Below, one piece after another: positions 8,523-16,446 of a DNA stretch of 64,000 nucleotides (the first letter of the stretch is position 1; the number at the start of each line of letters is the position of its first letter). Made by a program: the position numbers and the translations under genes. Origin of the DNA: an uncultured virus (IMG/VR IMGVR_UViG_3300025614_000002) (Duplodnaviria; Heunggongvirae; Uroviricota; Caudoviricetes). Where the stretch lies: the IMG/VR virus record IMGVR_UViG_3300025614_000002, one strand, 5' to 3'. The notes beneath the pieces are model-generated. The model saw only the letters and a list, made by a program, of their open reading frames with translations, searched no databases and had not been told where the DNA came from.

Positions 8523-8563
8523 CAGTCCTCCAGGTATTTGCTGTGCCAGTCCGGGATCTTCAT
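8522..8563 (-). CDS. 13-aa mini-ORF (MKIPDWHSKYLED)
   Basis: It has its own GAGGT RBS, an ATGA overlap with the upstream gene and a TGATG overlap with the downstream gene. Confidence 0.4.
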   Translation of the reverse strand: MKIPDWHSKYLED

Positions 8564-8793
8564 GTAGACCTCAAAACGTGATTGAAATGGCGCGTGGTTC
8601 GGCGTGTCCTGGTGAGGAACCCCGAGAACAGGGGGGAGTAGCCACAGCTCTTGCACTGCAGCGTGGGGGTCAGCTGGTAGCCGCCCGGAGGGGGCGTGCC
8701 TCGCTGGTTCCACGGGCACTGGACGAGCACCTGGCCCATCTTGTAGTGCTTCTTTCCGCAGTCGGGGCAGGGAATGTAGGAAGGACGCCTCAT
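8560..8793 (-). CDS. Small Zn-ribbon protein (CPDC...CKSC), 77 aa
   Basis: ATG at 8793 overlaps the upstream stop (ATGA). Two CxxC pairs. Confidence 0.65.
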   Translation of the reverse strand: MRRPSYIPCPDCGKKHYKMGQVLVQCPWNQRGTPPPGGYQLTPTLQCKSCGYSPLFSGFLTRTRRTTRHFNHVLRST

Positions 8794-9056
8794 GTCGTTC
8801 CCCACCGCTCTACGGCCGTGAGCGGTGCCTTGCATCCCCAGAACCGGAGCCGAATGACCAGTCCCCGGCCCCGGTTCTGCTCCCAGGCTCCGTGCCTGAA
8901 GTCGAGCACTCCGGCGTACACGCGCTCGGCTACTCGACGCTCAATCGGAGCACCCGGGCAGTGCGTGGTGAGCTCTCCTTCTGCGAGGTCGCAGACCACG
9001 CACTCAGAGATGCCCTCGTGTCCGGGGACATCTCTGAGCTTGTGCTCTCGGGACAT
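8790..9056 (-). CDS. Hypothetical protein (ECVVCDLAEGELTTHCPG)
   Basis: 88 aa. The C..C...EG.L.T.CPG pattern resembles small phage Zn-binding proteins. Confidence 0.65.
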   Translation of the reverse strand: MSREHKLRDVPGHEGISECVVCDLAEGELTTHCPGAPIERRVAERVYAGVLDFRHGAWEQNRGRGLVIRLRFWGCKAPLTAVERWGTT

Positions 9057-9209
9057 CTACCGCCCGCCCCAAGGGAGGAGAGTGCCTCCCCGGATCTCGC
9101 GTTCTACGCCGCACTCACAGCGGCACCACCAGGTCACTTGGCCGTTTTTCTTTCCGTGTCTTCGAAGTACAGACCACTTCCCATAGGCGTGCCCAGTTTC
9201 ATCTTTCAC
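9057..9209 (-). pseudogene. Truncated HNH/AP2-type homing-endonuclease N-terminal module, 50 aa
   Basis: Not in the track. GTG at 9209 gives KDETGHAYGKWSVLRRHGKKNGQVTWWCRCECGVEREIRGGTL, matching the D..G..FG.L.V...W.C.C.CG module. There is no nuclease domain before the TAG at 9057. Confidence 0.6.
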
Positions 9210-10509
9210 TTTTGCTGCCATAGGTCAGACTCTCCTCGATGCACTCTTCTGCCTCCTTGTCGTCGCGAAATCGAACGACCCGAGGGAACTGAAGTGCGTT
9301 GGTGGCCTCCCCGTCGGCGATGAAGGTCCGGCTGGCGAATTGAATCTCTGCGACCACAGGGAACACGCCAGGAGTGCTGAGCCAGTTCCTGTGGTCCTGG
9401 GTGAGTCCTCCTCCGCAGTCGCACAAGTAGACCAGTTCTCCGTCGGCGTCGTATTGGTGGAGGGCTACGGACCCTACCTTTCCACGGTTCTTCCCGCGGC
9501 CGTACTTGCCGACGCCCTGTTCGGGGTCCCATAGGCAGACAGCATCCAGTTCGAAGACGGGCTTCAGCTTGCAGCAGGTGTTCGGGCGGTCGGGCTTGCC
9601 GCGCAGGTTGAAGGACTTCTCGCCGTAGGTGGAGTGCGGGTCCACGATGACGAAGCCCTCCCACCCCTGAGCGACCAGGGTGTTGCGGAGTCCCTCGACC
9701 CCCTTGTAGTCGCCTTCGATGAAGGTCTCCGGCGGATGTACGAACTGGCCGGAGAACAGGTCCGCGTGGTCCAGGCGGAACCGGTACTGCATCTCTCCGA
9801 GCAGCTGGAGCCCGGCAGCCCAGGCCACGTCCCAGCAGATGAAGTGCAGGAACCCGGTCTTCTCCTGGATCTCGAGGGCCTTCGGAGTCAACGACTTCAT
9901 CACCTTCGCGACCCGCCATCGATCATCCGCGTCAGGCCCGTTCACGATCTCGCCCAACAGGATGGTGTTGTTCGGGATCTCGTCGTTCTCCTCGATCTCC
10001 GTGGCGATGTGGTCGAAGCGCTCGCGCCAGGTGTGCTGATCTTCGAGGTGGTGATTCGTCAGCATCCGTCGGCTGAAGAAGATCGCCTCCCCCTCGGAGT
10101 TCTTGACGATGACCATCATCTCGCCATCGTACTTCCGCACCGCCCACGCCTTCCCGTCCTCGACCATCTTCTCCATCTTCTTGTTCAGCGAGTTCTGAGG
10201 CTTGTAGAAGGACAGGTTGTCCACGATGCCGTGCTCGAAGGGGCTGTAGTCAGCGGTCTCCTCCAGCTTCGTGTCGTAGCCCTTCCGCATCTTCTTCGAG
10301 ATCAGGCGATCCATCATGTTCTGCGCGTCTTGCTCAGCCGAGACCTCGTTGCTGCGCCCCGCGTGCTTGGCGGTTCCGTAGTCCGTGACCTCCTGCATCT
10401 TCCCGTCGAGCTGGCCGAAGCGCGTGTGGACCGCGTTCCCCTCGACAGCGATTTCCCAGACCCGCACAGCGCCGGTGCGCGCACGGTTATAGAGTGTGGT
10501 GTAGTTCAT
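9199..10509 (-). CDS. ATP-dependent DNA ligase with N-terminal WGR-like domain
   Basis: Motif I RKYDGE, III LLGEI, IIIa FICWDV, IV WEGFVI, V KLKP, VI LQFPRVVRFRDDK. The N-terminus VWEIAVEG.AVHTRFGQLDGK is WGR-like. GGAGG RBS. Confidence 0.92.
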   Translation of the reverse strand: MNYTTLYNRARTGAVRVWEIAVEGNAVHTRFGQLDGKMQEVTDYGTAKHAGRSNEVSAEQDAQNMMDRLISKKMRKGYDTKLEETADYSPFEHGIVDNLSFYKPQNSLNKKMEKMVEDGKAWAVRKYDGEMMVIVKNSEGEAIFFSRRMLTNHHLEDQHTWRERFDHIATEIEENDEIPNNTILLGEIVNGPDADDRWRVAKVMKSLTPKALEIQEKTGFLHFICWDVAWAAGLQLLGEMQYRFRLDHADLFSGQFVHPPETFIEGDYKGVEGLRNTLVAQGWEGFVIVDPHSTYGEKSFNLRGKPDRPNTCCKLKPVFELDAVCLWDPEQGVGKYGRGKNRGKVGSVALHQYDADGELVYLCDCGGGLTQDHRNWLSTPGVFPVVAEIQFASRTFIADGEATNALQFPRVVRFRDDKEAEECIEESLTYGSKSER

Positions 10510-10527
10510 TGTGCCTCCGGGGGACTT

Positions 10528-10731
10528 ATGGCCGGGAAAACTGAAATCTTGCAGCGCGCCGATGTGGACATCGATGCCTTCGACAAGTGGTTTCAGGAGC
10601 AGGGAGCTCAGCCTCTTGTCAGATCAGAGCGCGCTATCATCAAGACATTCTTGGTGGCGCTCCGGTCAGGCAAGCTCGCGCCCCCCGCACACGAGGGCAC
10701 GACTGAAATGCCGCCGTGCCGGCTAACGTGA
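10528..10731 (+). CDS. Hypothetical protein, 67 aa
   Basis: MAGKTEILQRADVDIDAFDKWF... is followed by a hairpin. It starts only 18 nt from the divergent ligase start, so it is uncertain. Confidence 0.5.
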   Translation: MAGKTEILQRADVDIDAFDKWFQEQGAQPLVRSERAIIKTFLVALRSGKLAPPAHEGTTEMPPCRLT

Positions 10732-10740
10732 GAGCCGCTA

Positions 10741-10766
10741 CGCCCCCGCACCGAAGTGCGGGGGCG
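10741..10766. terminator. Perfect 11-bp hairpin between convergent genes
   Basis: CGCCCCCGCAC-CGAA-GTGCGGGGGCG, with the same CGAA loop as the hairpin at 7999-8030. Confidence 0.7.
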
Positions 10767-10775
10767 GGTTTCCGC

Positions 10776-11126
10776 TCATCCGACCTGGGCGTACCCATCT
10801 CGGACCAGCCCCAGTCGGCGGGGCTGGTCCATGATGATGTGACGCACCTTTCTCGACACATCCTCCTTACTCCTGTTGGGCCAGCCTTCCGCCAGCCACC
10901 ACATCGCCTCCCTGCCGGTCATCAAGACCGAGATGTCGAGCACCTCGATCTTGACGTCGAGGAACTCAGGCCTTTGAGTAACTGGCTCCCTGCCCGTCCC
11001 CGACGACAAGTTCTTCGCGAACTTGTCGTCGTCCCGGCGGGCCTGGCGGCCCGCCTGGTTCTGGCTGTCGATTGCCTGGATGGCGCCGACAGCCGCGGCA
11101 ACGATGCCGCAAGTCACAAAGAACAT
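10776..11126 (-). CDS. Hypothetical protein with N-terminal hydrophobic segment
   Basis: 116 aa, AGGAGG RBS, MFFVTCGIVAAAVGAI. Confidence 0.7.
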   Translation of the reverse strand: MFFVTCGIVAAAVGAIQAIDSQNQAGRQARRDDDKFAKNLSSGTGREPVTQRPEFLDVKIEVLDISVLMTGREAMWWLAEGWPNRSKEDVSRKVRHIIMDQPRRLGLVRDGYAQVG

Positions 11127-11173
11127 CGTTCCTCCTGTGTACTATACTTATGCCCGATTCCGAGGTGTAATCC

Positions 11174-14100
11174 ATGATTACCGCCCAGCAGGTGGCCCAG
11201 GGAATGGCCCTTCAGCAGCAGCAGCACTCGATGCTGACCGCTGGCGCGTCCGGAATGATGCAGGCACAGCCTGCGATGGGCATGTCGCAGTACCCGCCGC
11301 AGTTCAGCTACGCGATGCCGAGCAACCCCAACCACGGTCGTGCGGCGCTGGGCAGTTCAATGGTGATGGGCGGCATGACGGGCGGCATCAACGCTGCCAG
11401 CTCCATCGCCAACCTCGCGGCGATCCCGGCGACTGCTGCGGGAATCGGCAGTTTGGGATTCGCAGGGGCCAACTTCCTCGGACTGGGCGGCGGCGCTACC
11501 GCGGCCTCTCTCGGGGCCATGTCCGGAGGATTCATGACAGGGGCTGCCCTTCCCATGGCGGGCCTCGGCGTTGCTGCGGGCACGGCCTCGGCGATGAGAT
11601 CTGGCATGCAGCAGACGCAGCAGGTCAACCAGCTCTTCGGCGGGATGCAGTTCGCCAACATGGGCGGAGACCCTCGAACAGGTCGAGGATTCAGCCAGAA
11701 CGACCTCGGGCAGATTCAGAGAGGAATCCGGGCTATCAACGCCAACAATCCCTTTGTGTCCATGTCGGATGCGCTCCGCTCATCCGAGCAGTTCACCGAT
11801 ATGGGGATGCACCAGGGGGTGCAGGACGCCGAGAAGATGGCGCGCAAGCTCACAGAGATGGGCAAGACGATGCACCAGATGGCGCGGATCATGGGCACTT
11901 CCATGGAGGAGGCCGGCAAGGCGATGGGTTCGATGCGTTCTTCCGGGTTCTACTCGGCCTCCGATGTCATGGGGAACACGGCAGACATGAACTTGATGCG
12001 CGGCTACGGCATGACCTCAGACCGGTTCGCCGGCATGCAGGCTTCCGGGGCTGCCGCGACTCGAGGAGCACAGCTCTCCGGACGCGCAGGCGCCGGATTC
12101 GTCACGGGGGCTGCCCAGGACATCATGAGCGGCATCCGTACGGGCGCGCTGTCTGGTGAGCAGATCATGGACATCACAGGGGGCCGGGATCCCCTGGAAG
12201 CGGCACAGATGATGGCGCAGCAGTCCCTCGGGGCCACCATGCAGGGGCTCTCCGGTCCTGGAGGGACTGCGATGTTGGCCGCTATGGGGACCATGAAAGA
12301 CGGGAAGTTCACGGGAGGGATCGACGCAGGGGTGATGCGTCAGATGGCCGAAGGGAAGCTGGGCCTCCGGGACCTGAGTGCCCGAGGCCAGAAGAAGGTC
12401 GGGTCAAGTCGGAGCTCGCAGGTGTCCTTTGTCGCGAACCAGAAGGACATCATGGATACTGCTCTCCAGAGTCCCGAGATGTCGGAGGCGCTGCTCAACG
12501 TCATCCGAACCGAGGCCCGTGAGATGGGGGACGAGAGCGAGGAGTACCTGCAGGTCCTGGCACAGACACAGTTCAACATGGATCGACGCCAGTTCCGCAT
12601 CCTCTCTCGCATGGCTGAAGATCGGAAGAAGGGCCACCGTGAGCGCCTGTCGAGCCTGAAGCGCGAGGTGGACACTTCATCGCGCTCTGCCTACCTCCGT
12701 GAGAATCGCACCCTCGGTGGATTTGTCCAGAAGGCGACGGGCGGGGCCGCAGATCTGTGGCAGCAGGGCGCCGTTGACTTCTTCAGTGACGCCTCTCGGG
12801 ACATTACCGAGGGGTTCCAGGAGGCCGAGCGTCGGATCTACGGGGACACGGAGGTTTCGGTCTCCAGATCTGCCATCCAGGACGTAATCATGGCGGGGAA
12901 GGGCAACTCCTCCGCGCTGTCGAAGGTGAGCCCCACGGTGGCTGCACGCCACGCGATGTCCACGGGGAACATGGATGCGTTCACCGGGACGCTGGGGGTC
13001 TCGGATGAGCTCCTGGGCAGTGTAGACCTCGAGGGGGTCAACCAAGGAGCGCGGGCGGCGATGTCTGCCGAGCGTGGCGGAGTGGCGGCCCGTAAGCTGG
13101 GCCTCCCAAGCGGGCGGAGTGCCAAATTGGAAGCCCTGCGCGCCGAGGTGCGCGACCAGGTAAGGGGGAAGGGGTCAGTTGCAACCCCTGCCGAGATCGA
13201 CGCCATCATCGCGAAGTCCGGGGCTGCCGGGGCGCGGTTGATTGCCCAGGACAAGTCCCAGACCCGGGTGTGGGAGGACGGATGGAACAAGGTCCCATCC
13301 TTCGGCGCCAGAGGCGGTGCCGCGGACAGTGTCATCGCCAGTCAGAAGAGCCTGGCGGCCGAGTCGGGCCTGGACGACCTCTCCAACGAGGCCGCTGGCG
13401 CCGCCGTGGCCTTCTTGGGCTCTCGTATGGTGGCAACCGGCGCCGTGCTGGCGGTGGTAGGAGGGCCGATGGGTTGGGCTGCGGGAGCAACGACCATCGC
13501 AGCTGGAGTGGCCGTTGGCGGCGTGGGGATACTCATGGGTTTGGGGGACTCAGACCTGGATGACATGCAGGAGGACTTCACCTCTGGCAAGGCGGGCACC
13601 GAGCTTGTTGCCGACTACGCGGACAAGGACAAGCAGGTCAAGATCGATGAGATCATCGCGGACGCCGCCGCGTCATCCAACACCCTGGCCGAGGGCCGAG
13701 AGAAGGCCGCCAAGAACCTCTCAAAGCTCTTGGGCCGTCCGGTGTCCGCGCGAGACGTGGAGATCGCGGACACGGTGATGCAGAAGCGCACCAACAAGAA
13801 TGCGGCGGAGCGCAAGACCCTCACTTCCGCAGAGCGGGAGAAGATGGTCAAGGTCGCCAAAATGGGGAAGGCGCAGGTCGGCCTGGTCGCCACCAAGCGG
13901 GTAGCGGAGAGCCTCAAAGGTCTCGGGAACGAGATCGGAATGGCGGATGTGGATGAGACTACGAGAGCTGCATTCCGGAAGGCCACCTCGGGGCTTGCCG
14001 GAGGGGATGGAGACGCCTTCGAGAACCTGGGCTCCGCCCTGCGTGCAGCTGCGGGAGGAGGATTTGAGGTCGGGGAGAATGCCTCGGGCACACGGCAGAT

Positions 14101-14521
14101 CTTCGGGCTGGGCGTGGACGCCTACAACGAGCTGCAGGGGATGGGAGAAGACGGCCTCACCCTCGAAGAGATGGCCACGGTCACGAACTACAAGAAGGAG
14201 GATCTCGAGAAGATCCTCAAGAGGGTCGGGGTCTCGGCTACTGGTGGCGTAGTTAAGGGCCGCCGCGACATCGAGAAGGTCACTGGAGCCCTCTCCTCCC
14301 AGATGGTTGCAGGGGTACTCACGGAGGGGAAGGAGGGCATCCAGAGGGTCCTTGACTCTGGGAAGACACAGGAGCAGATCACAGCGGAGGCTGTGACTGC
14401 CATGACCACCGCGGTCAACCAGTCGGTCGAGATGACTGAAGCCCTCTACAAGACCGTGAGGAACGAGGGCCTTGACGTCCAGCTCGTAGATCCTGACAGC
14501 GCAGCTAAGGGGGAGAAGTAG
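11174..14521 (+). CDS. Tape-measure-like tail protein
   Basis: 1115 aa, helical A/G/M/Q-rich, with Gly-rich hydrophobic segments (e.g. AVLAVVGGPMGWAAGATTIAAGVAVGGVGILMG). It is the first gene of the tail/baseplate block. GAGGT RBS. Confidence 0.7.
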   Translation: MITAQQVAQGMALQQQQHSMLTAGASGMMQAQPAMGMSQYPPQFSYAMPSNPNHGRAALGSSMVMGGMTGGINAASSIANLAAIPATAAGIGSLGFAGANFLGLGGGATAASLGAMSGGFMTGAALPMAGLGVAAGTASAMRSGMQQTQQVNQLFGGMQFANMGGDPRTGRGFSQNDLGQIQRGIRAINANNPFVSMSDALRSSEQFTDMGMHQGVQDAEKMARKLTEMGKTMHQMARIMGTSMEEAGKAMGSMRSSGFYSASDVMGNTADMNLMRGYGMTSDRFAGMQASGAAATRGAQLSGRAGAGFVTGAAQDIMSGIRTGALSGEQIMDITGGRDPLEAAQMMAQQSLGATMQGLSGPGGTAMLAAMGTMKDGKFTGGIDAGVMRQMAEGKLGLRDLSARGQKKVGSSRSSQVSFVANQKDIMDTALQSPEMSEALLNVIRTEAREMGDESEEYLQVLAQTQFNMDRRQFRILSRMAEDRKKGHRERLSSLKREVDTSSRSAYLRENRTLGGFVQKATGGAADLWQQGAVDFFSDASRDITEGFQEAERRIYGDTEVSVSRSAIQDVIMAGKGNSSALSKVSPTVAARHAMSTGNMDAFTGTLGVSDELLGSVDLEGVNQGARAAMSAERGGVAARKLGLPSGRSAKLEALRAEVRDQVRGKGSVATPAEIDAIIAKSGAAGARLIAQDKSQTRVWEDGWNKVPSFGARGGAADSVIASQKSLAAESGLDDLSNEAAGAAVAFLGSRMVATGAVLAVVGGPMGWAAGATTIAAGVAVGGVGILMGLGDSDLDDMQEDFTSGKAGTELVADYADKDKQVKIDEIIADAAASSNTLAEGREKAAKNLSKLLGRPVSARDVEIADTVMQKRTNKNAAERKTLTSAEREKMVKVAKMGKAQVGLVATKRVAESLKGLGNEIGMADVDETTRAAFRKATSGLAGGDGDAFENLGSALRAAAGGGFEVGENASGTRQIFGLGVDAYNELQGMGEDGLTLEEMATVTNYKKEDLEKILKRVGVSATGGVVKGRRDIEKVTGALSSQMVAGVLTEGKEGIQRVLDSGKTQEQITAEAVTAMTTAVNQSVEMTEALYKTVRNEGLDVQLVDPDSAAKGEK

Positions 14522-14776
14522 ATGAGTGACGACACCCAGATCGCTTCCAGGATTTCCGACACCCGCCCGGAGTCTTCTTTCGCATACCGAGACGAGCGAG
14601 GGATCAACCGGGAGGTCCGCATCGTGGACTACCCGACCCCCGACGACATCGCTCGGCAGGGGATGATGCAGGCGGCAGGGGAGATCGCCCTGGGTACCGG
14701 ATACTCTTCCACCATGGACTACGACATGGTGACGGAGATGATCCGTACTCGAGTCCCTGTGCGGAGGACCCGATGA
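14522..14776 (+). CDS. Hypothetical protein
   Basis: 84 aa, abuts both neighbours. Confidence 0.7.
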   Translation: MSDDTQIASRISDTRPESSFAYRDERGINREVRIVDYPTPDDIARQGMMQAAGEIALGTGYSSTMDYDMVTEMIRTRVPVRRTR

Positions 14777-16446
14777 GCACACCTGCGATCTTCCAGGCTC
14801 CCCTCGCGGCGGACTTCGCGGGAAGGCAGGGTCTCCATGTCTACGACGCCACCGATACCGCAACTGTGGCCATCGAAGGTGTGGCGAGTTCCAAATTCGT
14901 ACGCCGGCCCATGCGAGGGATCGTCGTCAAGAAAGACACGTACGCCAGCATCACGGTCGTCACTGCTGGGGGCGCGGCAGGGCTGTCGCTGCGGAATAGC
15001 AGTCATCCCCCCGGCACTCCCCCGAACTACACGTCGAACTTCGTCCTGCAGTCCGTGACAGAGACCCGGAACGAGAAGGCGCAGTTCGTCACCACCTTCG
15101 GGGCCACCTACGCGTTCTTCTTCGGGGAGCAGCCACGGATCATCAACTGCTCTGCGATCCTGCCGAACACGGCGGACTTTGAGTGGAGCAAGGAGTGGTG
15201 GCTCAACTACGAAGAGCGGCTCCGTGGGACCTCCCTGGCGAGCACGAACACGAAGGTGCGACTCCAGTACGATGAGCAGGTGGTCACCGGCTACCTGACA
15301 AACTGCACCACCATCCAGACCTCCATGGAGCCCAACTCCCTGCAGGTCAACTTCTCCCTCTTCGTAGAGAGCATCACCCGAGGTGGAGGTTCGAGAGAGT
15401 CTGATGCGCGGGCGTACCGTCGCTCGGGAACCTCAGACTACCTGGGAGTCGGTGCCTTGGATGATGTCCAGGATACCGCGCTGCTGGCCGACAGCTCCAC
15501 GGCGGCTGTCCGCAAGACGAACATCAAGCTGTCCCCTCTGTCCGCTGGTGCTCCCGGGGCGATGAGCAAGTTCCTCTCTGCTCTGAACGAGATCGACGCA
15601 GCGATGGACAACGGAGTCCGCAAGATCCGGAATGCCCTCTACGGGCGGAACTTGGTCGTGCCGGTCAGCTTCACTTCCAGTCGAGCGAGCCGTGCCATCT
15701 TCGCGTCGGGCTCGGCGTCGGAAGACCTGGCGGGCCTGGAGGTCACGAACTTCTTTGGCGCGTCTCTCCTGGCGTTCAGCGACGGCACACCCCGTCCGGG
15801 ACAGAACTCCGTGACGCTTCGCACGAACACGGATGGGTTCCTGGCCCTGGATGCGGCGCGCAAGGTCCAGAACGACGCGGTCTTCAACTTCCAGAACTTC
15901 GACGAGTACGTCAACTACCCGACTGCGACCTATGTGTCTGAGATCGGAGACCAGGCGATCCGGGAATCTGAGCTCCGTGAGCTCGGCAGTGAGGAGGCCT
16001 TCTACAGCAACCGCGGGATCGCGGCATTCCAGGCATTTGGAATCAACGTGGCACCCTTCCCGCAGGTCCCCGGGGTGCCTCTTGAGCGCCAGGACACCGA
16101 CATGGTGGTGCAGACCGCCCTCGGCTACCGGAGTGCGGCTGCGGCCAAGCAGCGCACCGGGGAGATCGTGAGGACGATCGCCCGTGCGGCATTCGGCGTC
16201 GCAGTGCTCGGCTACGGGTACAGCGTGGTGAACGCACGGCGCCGTCTGCAGGAGAGTGTGAACAACCCGAACTCCGGAGGGCTCTCCGCATCTCAGCGTC
16301 AGGAGCTCCAGGGCAAGATCGACCGTGCTCAGAGGACTGAGGAGCAGCGCCGCTTGGTCAGCGAGGCTGCGGCGGCAGACCTCCGGGGCGAGACCGGCAC
16401 GGTCTACCCGGGGACCCTGGGTGCGGCCCTCTCGGTGGTGCTGTGA
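14773..16446 (+). CDS. Putative tail-tube-initiator / baseplate structural protein
   Basis: 557 aa. N-terminal beta-rich domain (LQSVTETRNEKAQFVTTFG..YAFFFGEQPRIIN). Sits between the tape measure and hub-like genes. The function is inferred from position. Confidence 0.5.
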   Translation: MSTPAIFQAPLAADFAGRQGLHVYDATDTATVAIEGVASSKFVRRPMRGIVVKKDTYASITVVTAGGAAGLSLRNSSHPPGTPPNYTSNFVLQSVTETRNEKAQFVTTFGATYAFFFGEQPRIINCSAILPNTADFEWSKEWWLNYEERLRGTSLASTNTKVRLQYDEQVVTGYLTNCTTIQTSMEPNSLQVNFSLFVESITRGGGSRESDARAYRRSGTSDYLGVGALDDVQDTALLADSSTAAVRKTNIKLSPLSAGAPGAMSKFLSALNEIDAAMDNGVRKIRNALYGRNLVVPVSFTSSRASRAIFASGSASEDLAGLEVTNFFGASLLAFSDGTPRPGQNSVTLRTNTDGFLALDAARKVQNDAVFNFQNFDEYVNYPTATYVSEIGDQAIRESELRELGSEEAFYSNRGIAAFQAFGINVAPFPQVPGVPLERQDTDMVVQTALGYRSAAAAKQRTGEIVRTIARAAFGVAVLGYGYSVVNARRRLQESVNNPNSGGLSASQRQELQGKIDRAQRTEEQRRLVSEAAAADLRGETGTVYPGTLGAALSVVL

